NCBI RefSeq assembly: GCF_902713615.1
Contig: NC_052153.1
Span: 8,319,569 to 8,383,568, forward strand
Origin: Scyliorhinus canicula
Lineage: Eukaryota
Direction: 5' to 3'
Length of the DNA stretch: 64,000 nt
Shown: positions 50,035 through 60,074 of the stretch, piece after piece
Position numbering within the stretch: position 1 is the first letter of the stretch
Layout: every line of letters starts with the position of its first letter
Program-made: the position numbers and the translations under genes
The notes under the pieces: generated by a model
What the model saw: only the letters and a program-made list of their open reading frames with translations
What the model was told of the DNA's origin: nothing
The model's database searches: none

Positions 50035-50984
50035 CTGTGGAACAGCACAAATTAAAGAATTAAAAGCATGTCTGAAATTAACTGGATTAACAATTAACAA
50101 AAACCTGCAATTATATGGTGCTTTTAAGGTAGTCAAACACCCCAAAGTGCTCAACAAGAATGATGATCCTCCAAAATTTGACATAGGCACAATCATAGCA
50201 AATGTGATGTGAGAAAATACTTTTTCACACAGCGATTGGTTGGGCTCTGGAATGCGCTGCCTGGAAGTGTGGTGTAGACAGGTTCAATCGAGGCATTCAA
50301 GAGGGACTTTAGATGATGTCTTGAATAGAAATAATGTGCAGATGTATAGGGGAAGGGCACTAAGTTATAATGCTCATTTGGTGAGCCAGTGCAGACACGA
50401 TGGATAAGATATTAGGAGAGGAAGTCTAACGCTTGATCCGATATATAGGTTTTAGGAAATGCCTTCAAAATTGAGAGAAAAACAGGTAAAGGGAGAGAAT
50501 TCTAGAGCTTAGGGCAGTGTTTTAAAATTTTTTCCCCCCGGGACTTGCTTTTGCCAACTCTCCGACCATTGGGGACCCACGCCACGTTTGCTTATCCAGT
50601 CTATCCTGGGTCATGGAAGTGTTTGGAACACCAATGTTTCTTTGTCCCAGTCAAGGGAGGGAAAGAAAATCATCTAGTTTTCCTCTTATTAATCACTATC
50701 CAGTAGCTCCTGGTGCATGGAATTTATGTCCGCATTGAGTGAGGACAGGATTGGAGATGCCTGTGATGTCCTATATAAACGATCACAGTCCAGGGTTACA
50801 CATGAAGAATAGTTGCTCATGAGAGATACTGGAGGGCCACTGGCAATTGTGAGCCTGTATTCATTGTGGGACACTGCCTCGAGGAAAAAAACAAGGCAAA
50901 GGAAGACAGGAGAGAACAAAGGACCGATATCACTGGGAGAGAGACATGTGGTTCTTGTAAATAAAAGTCGTACATCTGAAACAT

Positions 50985-51945
50985 GGAAAATAGGGCCAGG
51001 AGTAGGCCATTCGGCCCTTTGAGCCTGCAGCACTATTCAATCTCACTATGGCTGATCATGGAAATTCAGTATCCCACTTCCACTTTCTCTCCATACTCCT
51101 TGATCCCTTTAGCCGCAAGGGCCACGTCCATCTCCCTCTTGAATATACCCAATGAACTGGCCCCAACAGCTTTGTGTGGTAGCGAATTCCACAAGTTCAC
51201 AACTCTCTGAGAGAAGAAGTTCTTCCTCATCACAGTCCTGAATGGCTTACCCCTTATTCTTAGGTTGTGATCCCTAGTTCTGGACGTCCCCAACATCGGG
51301 AACATCCTTTCCGCATCAAACCCTGTCCAGTCCCATCAGGATTTTATGTTTCTATGAGAACACCTCTCATTTTTCTGAACTCCAGTGAGTACAAGGCCAG
51401 TCGACCCAGTCTTCATATGTCAGTCCTGCCTCCCAGGAATTAAAACTCAAATCCTCTCGCTATGAAGACCAGCATGCCATTAGCTTTCCTCACTGCCTGC
51501 TGTACCTGCATGCCAACCCTCAGCGACTGTTCCACCATGACACCCAGCTCTCGTTGCACTTCCACTTTTCCTAAACTGCCACCACTCAGATAATAACAGT
51601 CGCTGAAGGTTGGCATGCAGGTACAGCAGGCGGTGAGGAAAGCTAATGGCATGCTGGCCTGCATACCCGTCCACTCTACCCGTCACATCCTCAAACAAAT
51701 TCCAGATTTGTCAAGCGTGATTTCTCTTTAGTGAATCCATGCTGACTTCAACCGACACTGTCCCCACTTTCCAAATGTTCAGTTATTTAATCCTTAATAA
51801 TTGGCTCCAGCATTTTTCCCACCACCGATGTCAGACTAATCCGTCTATAATTCTGTTTTCTCTCCCTCCTTTTTTAAAAAGTGGGGTTACGTTAGCTACC
51901 CTCCAATTGACTCTTCCAGAGTGTATAAAATGCTGGAAAATTATA
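50985..51945 (-). mobile_element. CR1 3' portion with internal deletions and an inverted duplication
   Basis: QQAVRKANGML, NFFSQRVVNLWNSLP, FEDVTGRVD, and a CR1 tail near 50985-51030. Confidence 0.85.
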
Positions 51946-52284
51946 ATAATAATAATCGCTTATTGTCAAGAGTAGGCTTCAATGAAGTTACTGTGAAAAG
52001 CCCCTACTTGCCACATTCCAGCGCCTGTTCGGGGAGGCCGGTACAGGAATTGAACCCGCCTTTTCTGCAATACAAGCCAGCTGTTTAGCCCACTGTGCTA
52101 AACCAGCCCCCTGGACCAATGCTTCCACTACTTCGAGGGCCACTTCTTTAAGTACTCTGGGATAGAGACATTAAAATCTTAATTTATAATTGGCTTAAAT
52201 GCAATTGAATTATTTTTTGCAAGTTTATTTAACTTCAAAGTATACTATTAGAAACAAGTTCATCAATACTAATGAATGCTGTCA

Positions 52285-52570
52285 ACACTGTTGCTTCACA
52301 GCGCCAGGGACCTGGTTTCGATTCCCTGTCTATGTGGAGTCCGTTTTCCCCGTGTCTGCGTGGGTTTCCTCCGGGTGCTCCGGTTTCCTCCCACAGTCCA
52401 AAATGTGCGGGTTCGGTGGATTGGCCATGTTAAATTGCTCTGTAGTGTCCAAAATGTTTGATGGGGTTGCTGGGATAGGGTGGAGGTGTGGGCTTAAGTA
52501 GGGTGCCTTTTCAGGAGCCAGTGCAGACTCGATGGGCCGAATGGCCTCCTTCTGTACTGTGAAATTTTAT
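52285..52570 (+). mobile_element. HE1-like V-SINE type A
   Basis: Core and CR1-type tail. Confidence 0.8.
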
Positions 52571-54233
52571 TGACCGGGAAATGGATTGATTCATTCACCT
52601 TACAATTCCACGTTTTAAAAAACCCCCCAATTCTAGTCAAATTTCTCAGGTGACGTTTCCACCATCATCAAATCACTTTCTGTCGCAACCAGTGACCAAA
52701 CACATGGCTAGGCCCTGCTTTTGGCCCTCCCCTAACCCCAAGTCGCCCACTGCAGGGTCGGCCATGGCACAAGCGCACCTGGGAGCCGACTGCCGCCAAA
52801 AACCTAGCAACCAATGCGTCATATCAGCTGCAAGAAGTTACCATGCAACCTGGTGCTCATATTGCCTGTGCTATCGGTTGCTTTTGTATTTACTCACTTT
52901 CTGACCAGTGATATTTATTGCTGTACACCAAAGACGACTATTTTCTCCCATGACAACACAATTTGGATAACTGCCATTTTAAAAAGAATTGTTCACATTT
53001 GAAAGGGGCCCCATGGGTGTTACATACGGAAACTGTTGCTCGGTGACCCTTCTGACACCTGCCTGTGACCCACCCGCGTGGTGCGACCCGTACTTTGACA
53101 AACCCTGGCTTAGGACTCAGGCAGCTGAGGGCACAGCCAGCAATGGTAGGGCAATAAAAATCACAGATACACAAGATGCCAGAAGGACCAGGGGGGAGTG
53201 ATAGAGAAAGTCTGGGCCCTGGAGGGATTTGAAAACAATACAGCCTTTGATTCTGGAACATTTTTTTCCTTTATTCATTCACAGAATGTGAGAGTCGCTG
53301 GCAGGGTCAGCATTTGTTACCCATCCCTGATTGCCCTTGGACTGAGTGGCTTGTGAGACCATTTCAGAGGGCAGTTGAGTCAACCACACTGCTATAGGCC
53401 AGACCGGGTAAGGACGGCAGATTTCCTTCCCTAAAGGACATAAGGGAACCAGCTGGGTTTTACGTCAATTGGATGATAATTCCATGGTAGTTTTCGATTC
53501 CAGATTTATTAATTGAATTTAAATTCCACCAGCTGCTATGGTGGGATTTGAACCTGTAGACCTCTGGATTACTAACCCAGTGACATTATCACTATGCCAG
53601 TCTCTGGCCCTGAACATAGTCTATTGGTGCTCATGATATGCATGCCTCCACATTTAACAGTGCCATGTCTCTCCTTCCCATTGTATATTTACCAGTGTTC
53701 GTCCAATCCCCAAGGTAGGGGTGGGTAGTTCTGGCTAAGCTAATTACTGCCACCCTACTGCCTGCAAGCCCTGACCCTAAATCAGCAATTACAGAACCAC
53801 AGAATTGGTTACAGCACAGGACAAGGCCATTTGGCCCATCTGTCCATGCTGGATCTTTGCAAGAGCAATTCAGCTTGTCCCACTCACTCGTCCTTTACCC
53901 GTTGCCGTGCAAACGTTGGATGGTTTGAGGAGCACAGCCTTTGACTGAGTAAGAGTAAATAAAAGACCTCCAGCACTATTTTGATGATGAGGAGGGGAGT
54001 TTTCCCCATTGTGCTGACCAATATTTACACCTCAACCAGCGGTTAGAACAGAGTCGTTATCACAGCTGTTGAAAAAAGGGTTCTGTGTTCCCTACATTGC
54101 ACCAGTGACTACGCTTCGAAGGTACTTCATTGGCTGTAGAGGGTTTTGGGATAATCTGAAAGGCACTACAGACAAAATGCAGTTTATTTCTTTCGCTCTT
54201 TATCTAGATTGTGAAACAATCGCCAGTACTTAC

Positions 54234-54326
54234 TTCAACATGGTACTTCACGTAGTAATGGACAAGCCAGGCAGGAACCAGCAACCGTGTCAAAGTCCAC
54301 CAGCCTGCATTGCAAGTCTTATAGGT
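54234..54326 (-). CDS. NDUFB6: NDUFB6 exon 2 (TYKTCNAGWWTLTRLLVPAWLVHYYVKYHVE), TM helix
   Basis: 93 nt, flanked by ttttcAG| and |GTAAGT, phase 0/0. Contains the LVPxWxxHYYxKYHV motif. Not reported in the ORF track. Confidence 0.95.
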
Positions 54327-55444
54327 CTGAAAATAGAAGAATTATAAAATGACAGCATCAACGTGAGGATTTGAAGAATGTAAAGATTGCATTTGAAACA
54401 GTTTAGCAAGATGTGGCACCCAGGAAGCCAAGATTAGACCATTCAAAATATTGGTTTAGAAATAACTTGAATCTAATTAACTTCACTGTCAAAACTATTT
54501 TGTTTTGTTTTTTGGCTCAAATCAATTGTATAATGTGGGTGAATGATCCTGACGGGGTACGCAGAAGGAGTAGAGGGCACCTACTCTGACAAACTATGCT
54601 GGAAATTTAGAGATGGCGCTAGCAGGCAAGTAAATATTGTACAGTCATTCCACCAGAAAAGGAAGCCGTTCAGCCCATCAAGTCCATGCTGGCTCTCTGC
54701 AGAGCAATCCCGTCAGTCCCACTCACTCTTCTTTGTCCCTGCAAGTTTATTTCCCTCAAGTGCCAATCCAATTTCCTTTTGAAATCATTCACTTCCACCA
54801 TCCTCGTTGGCAACAAGTCCCAGGTCATTAATCACTTGCTTAAAAATGTTCTTCCTCATATTCCCCCTGCACTTTCTTGCCTGAAATCTGTATGCCTTTG
54901 CCCTTGTGCCATTAGCTAATTGGAGCAGCTTTTCCTTGCCAACATTATCTAAACTGGTCCTAATCGCCTACTCCTCTATCAAATCTCCCCTCAATCGCCT
55001 TTGCGCCAAGGATAACAATCCCAGCTTTTCCAACCAAACCTGGAAATAAAATCCCTCCTCCCTGGAACCATTCTGGTGAATCACTCTCTGCGCCCTCTCA
55101 AGGACCCTCACATTCTTCGTATACTAGTGTTTTATCCTGGTAATTCAGCCATTAATCCTATATGCAGGGTTTATGGAGATCTAGAATTGCGTAACCAATC
55201 TATCTTAGCCAACGGTCCAGCGGAAGCAGTCTCAACAGCTCCCTTCAAAAGGACACTGCCTGTAAACCTGAAAGATAAAAGCCAGCAGGGCTGTGGAGAA
55301 TGGGTTAATTGGATGGCTCTTTCAGAGAGCTAGTATAGGCACAATGGGTTGAATGGCCACATTCTATGTTGTACGATCCTACGTTTCCATCACTTCCATT
55401 GACACCTGTCACCTTCTACACTCTTTTAGAGGAATGCTGGGGAG

Positions 55445-55812
55445 ACATTGGCACAGAGGTAATGTCACTGGACGATGAATCCAGAGACCCAGGATAAGGC
55501 TCTGGGGACGTGGGTTCAAATCCCACCAAGGCAGCTGGTGGAATTTAAATTCAATTAATAAATCTGGAATTGAAAACTTGTCTCAGTAACGGTGACCGTG
55601 AAACTATCAGTCGGTGCAACAATCCATCTAGTTCACGGATGTTCTTTAGGGAAGGAAATCTGCCATCCTTCCCCGGTCTGGCCTACAAGTGACCCCAGAC
55701 CCATCATAATGTTGGTGAAATGGCCAAGCAAGGTAGTCAGTTCTAGGGCCATTAGGGATGGACAACAAATGCTGGCCTTGCCAGCAACGCTCACATCCCA
55801 TGTAGAATAAAA
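55445..55812 (+). mobile_element. SacSINE1-like tRNA-derived SINE
   Basis: Head with GGTTCAAATCC B box, then ggtggaatttaaattcaattaataaatctggaattg...ggaaggaaatctgcc...ggcctac, and tail attagggatgg...cacatccc. Related copies at ~12510-13020(+, with a CR1 tail inserted at ~12660-12745) and ~53270-53600(-). Family name recalled from memory. Confidence 0.65.
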
Positions 55813-57019
55813 ACTCTTACCCTTATTGTCTGCAGGTAACTGCAGATAATGTTTAATGAATATTTCCAGTAACTTAGATACATTTCAGGCTGCTAATTCT
55901 CACAGATCGTGTTCAAATTTATGAGATCAGTGTTAAGAACAGCTGTTTGAAAAACATCCAGTCCCTGAATTTCAAACAGGACAAACTGGCGTACAAAATC
56001 CTCAGATTGCTGGGCTTGCTAACATAAAGCATGATTGCAGTTAAAATAGAGGCATCAAAAACCAGGGGCATGGTAGAAGGATCAGAGGGGAGATGAGGAA
56101 ACTTTTTTTCCACCAGAAAATGATGTCGGGATCAGGAAGCCACTGCCTGGATATGTGGCAGAGATTCTCCATGTTGTGTCGGTTGAAGAGCTGTGACCTA
56201 CAGAGCCAAGGACCAAAGAATAGGAAGGTGGAATTAGCAAATTTCTTATGATTCGATGTGTGAGAAATCATTCCATAGGATTAAACAGGACAGATGGGGG
56301 CCATTCAGCCCAAACAGTCCATACTGAGGTCTATGCTCCAATTGAGACTCCAACGTTCTTTACTCATCCAAACCTATCAGCACAACCCTCTTCCCAACCC
56401 CCTCACTTGCTTGCTTAGCTTACTTTATTAAAAAAAATTAGAGTATCCAATTGATTTTTCCCAATTAAGGGGCAATTTAGCGTGGCCAATCCACCTAATT
56501 TTTGGGTTATGGGGGGCGAAACCCACGCAAACACGGGGAGAATGTGCAAACTCCACACGGACAATGACCCAGAGCCGGGATCGAACCTGGGACCTCGGCG
56601 CCGTGAGGCAACAGGGGTAACCCACTGTGCCAGTCTAGCTTACTTTAACGTATCTATATTACTCACTTTAACAACTCCCTGTAGAGCCAGTTCCCATATT
56701 TTCGCCACTCTTTGGCAGGTTGATTGTGAATTACAGATAATGAGCTCACATTGATAGATTCTAGTTGTGCTCTTTCCTACGGGAAGAAACATTCTCGCTG
56801 CATCTACCCTTTCAAAACCTTTCATCATTTAAAAATAGCTCTATTGGGTCAAAATTACAGCAATATTAGGAGGGCCATTCGAAGATGTGGTGCAGACCAC
56901 CTTTGAACAATTAGTCACCCACCTGGGCCAAGGGCAGCAGTAAACGCACTAAATCTTAAACGCGAGGTCACGATCCACACAAAATCACAAAGTGACAGCT
57001 CCTTGACTGCCTACTTCCC

Positions 57020-58470
57020 TCTACAGCTCAGCCCCAATCCCTACCCCTGCCCAGTTTCACCCCCTCCTCCCAGATGCCTCTCCTCCCAAAGTCCCTTCCC
57101 GCCCAGTCCCCCATCCGGATCCCTTCTCCACAGTCGCCCCCCCACCTCCTTCCCCCTCCTCACTCTCCCCTCTTCTCCCCCTCCTCCCCCCCCATCACTC
57201 TCCTGTCCCTCACTCCCTTCTCCTCACTCTGCCCTTCCCTCCCTTTCCCATCACTCTCCCTTCTACTCTCCTCCCCTCCTTCACACTCCCCTCTCCTCCT
57301 CATCCCCCTCCTCCTCACTCCCCTCAATCCCCTGCCTCTCCCCTCCCTCTCTTCTCCCTCCCTCCCCCCTCTCTCCCTCCCCCTCGCTCCCTCCCTCCCC
57401 CTCGCTCCCTCCCTCCCCCTCGCTCCCTCTCCTCTCCTCACTCCCCTCTTCTCCCCCTCCCCTCACTCTCCCCTCTTCGCCCCCTCCCCTCTCCTGTCCC
57501 TCCCTCCCTTCTCCTCACTCTGCCCTTCCCTCTCCTCCCCCTCACTCTCCTCCCCTCTCTTCCCCCTCACTCTCCCTTCTACTCTCCTCCCCCTCGCCTC
57601 CCGTCTCCCCTCCTTCACACTCCCCTCTCCTCCTCACTCCCCTGCCTCTCCTCTCCCCCTCCCCTGCCTCTCCTCTCCCCCTCCCCTGCCTCTTCTCCCT
57701 CCCTCCCCTGCCTCTTCTCCCTCCCCTGCCTCTTCTCCCTCCCTCCCCTGCCTCTTCTCCCTCCCTCCCCTCCCCTCTCTTCTCCCTCCCCCCCCCTCCT
57801 CTCCCCCCTCCCCCTCTCTTCTCCCTCCCCCCCCCCCCCTCCCCCCCCTCCTCTCCCCCCCCNNNNNNNNNNNNNNNNNNNNNNNNNNNNNNNNNNNNNN
57901 NNNNNNNNNNNNNNNNNNNNNNNNNNNNNNNNNNNNNNNNNNNNNNNNNNNNNNNNNNNNNNNNNNNNNNNNNNNNNNNNNNNNNNNNNNNNNNNNNNNN
58001 NNNNNNNNNNNNNNNNNNNNNNNNNNNNNNNNNNNNNNNNNNNNNNNNNNNNNNNNNNNNNNNNNNNNNNNNNNNNNNNNNNNNNNNNNNNNNNNNNNNN
58101 NNNNNNNNNNNNNNNNNNNNNNNNNNNNNNNNNNNNNNNNNNNNNNNNNNNNNNNNNNNNNNNNNNNNNNNNNNNNNNNNNNNNNNNNNNNNNNNNNNNN
58201 NNNNNNNNNNNNNNNNNNNNNNNNNNNNNNNNNNNNNNNNNNNNNNNNNNNNNNNNNNNNNNNNNNNNNNNNNNNNNNNNNNNNNNNNNNNNNNNNNNNN
58301 NNNNNNNNNNNNNNNNNNNNNNNNNNNNNNNNNNNNNNNNNNNNNNNNNNNNNNNNNNNNNNNNNNNNNNNNNNNNNNNNNNNNNNNNNNNNNNNNNNNN
58401 NNNNNNNNNNNNNCGCCTCTCCTCTCCCGCCTCTCCCTCTCCCCACTCACCCACCTCTCCCTCTCCCCAC
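57020..58470. repeat. C/T-rich low-complexity tract in NDUFB6 intron 1, containing a 551-nt assembly gap (57863-58413)
   Basis: Almost pure C/T on the + strand on both sides of the N run. Confidence 0.95.
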
Positions 58471-58474
58471 TCAC

Positions 58475-58657
58475 CCACACCCTCCACAGGCTCCTCGGCT
58501 GCAGGAATCCCTCCCAGAAGCGGCTGACGGCCCCTTTGCTGTCGGCCGGCAGGAGGGGTTCGCGCGGGCTCAGCTCCTGGTCCTTCAGCCACTGGCGGCG
58601 CAGGTTCACCAGCTGCTGGACCCGGGCCTTCTCATCCGGCGTGTAGCCCAGCGGCAT
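58475..58657 (-). CDS. NDUFB6: NADH:ubiquinone oxidoreductase subunit B6, exon 1 (61 codons)
   Basis: [37 protein letters not shown]...FWEGFL...W matches the NDUFB6 N-terminus (GYTPDEK...[15 protein letters not shown]). Donor TGG|GTGAGT. Confidence 0.96.
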
Positions 58658-58748
58658 CGCGGCAACCCTGACTCCGCCGGTCAGCGGGACCTCAGCGCGA
58701 CACCGACTGCCCGGGTCACAGGGCGGCGCACTCTGATGGCGTCACAGC

Positions 58749-59180
58749 CACTGCTGCTGCTGCCCTCTGCCGGCCTGGAGGAGGTCACTGCAGCGCTCCC
58801 CCTGCTGGCCGGGAGGAGGACACTGCAGCACTCGCCCTACCAGCCGGGAGGAGGACACTGCAGCACTCCCCCTACCGCCCGGGAGGAGGACCATGCAGCG
58901 CTCCCCCTGCTGGCCGGGAGGAGGACACTGCAGCACTCCCCCTACCAGCCGGGAGGAGGACCATGCAGCGCTCCCCCTGCTGGCCGGGAGGAGGACACTG
59001 CAGCACTCCCCCTACCAGCCGGGAGGAGGACACTGCAGCGCTCCCCCTGCTGGCCGGGAGGAGGACACTGCAGCACTCCCCCTGCTGGTCTGGAGGAGGA
59101 CACTGCAGCGCTCCCCCTGCTGGCCGGGAGGAGGACACTGCAGCGCTCCCCCTGCTGGCCGGGAGGAACCGAGTGCAGCT
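58749..59180. repeat. 35-bp GC-rich tandem repeat (11 full units at 58776-59160 plus degenerate end units), upstream of NDUFB6
   Basis: Unit gggaggaggacactgcagc(g/a)ctccccct(gctgg/accag)cc recurs with exact 35-nt periodicity. Confidence 0.95.
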
Positions 59181-59604
59181 TCCCCTCCACCCACCCACTG
59201 CTCCTCCTCACTCCACATATCTCAATTGATAACTATCAGCAATATCCAATATCCAGACCTGGGCTGACAAGTGCCAATTTACATTTGCACCGCACAAGTG
59301 TCAAGTGACTATCTCTAACAAGAGGGAAACTAACCAGCATCCCCTGACATTCATAGAATTAACAGTGCAGAAGGAGGCCATTCGGCCCATCGAGCTTCAA
59401 TGGCATTACCATCGCTGAAGCCCCCCCCCACTATCAACACCCTGGGCATTACTATTGACCAGAAACTGCAGCCAGAAGAGCAGGTCAGTGGCGATGAATC
59501 CTGCAGCAAGTAACTCACCTCCTGACTCCCCAAAGCCTCTCCACCATCTACAAGGCACAAGTCATTTGCCTGGAAGAATCCAGCTCCGGCAACACTCAAG
59601 AACA

Positions 59605-59927
59605 TAGACCATACAGCGCAGAAGGAGGCCATTCAGCCCATCGAGTGTGCACTGGCCCACTTAAGCCCTCACTTCCACTCTATCCCCGCAATCCAATAAC
59701 CCCTCCTAACCTTTCTTTTTAGTCATTAAGGGTAATTTATCATGGCCAATCCACCTAACCTGCACATCTTTGGACTGTGGGAGGAAACAGGAGCACCCGG
59801 AGGAAACCCACGCACACACGGGGAGAACGTGCAGACTCCACACAGACAGTGACCCAAGCCGGGAATCGAACCTGGGACCCTGGAACTGTGAAGCAACTGT
59901 GCTAACCAGTGTGCTACTGTGCTGCCC
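59605..59927 (-). mobile_element. HE1-like V-SINE type A
   Basis: Head, core and tail. Confidence 0.82.
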
Positions 59928-60074
59928 TCATGGACTGCAATGGTTGAAGATGGCAGCTCACCACCACCTTCTCAAGTTCAGTTACAGATGGGCACTAAAC
60001 GTTGGCCTAGCCACAGGTGGTCACGTCCAAGAATCCTGTAGGGATTCTATGATTCTAAGTAAATTGCACATTGC

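Noticed and set aside
57003-59308. Long Pro/Ser/Leu- or Gly/Glu/Arg-rich ORFs
   Set aside because: Artefacts of the low-complexity tract, the N gap and the 35-bp repeat. Only 58475-58657(-) is real coding sequence.
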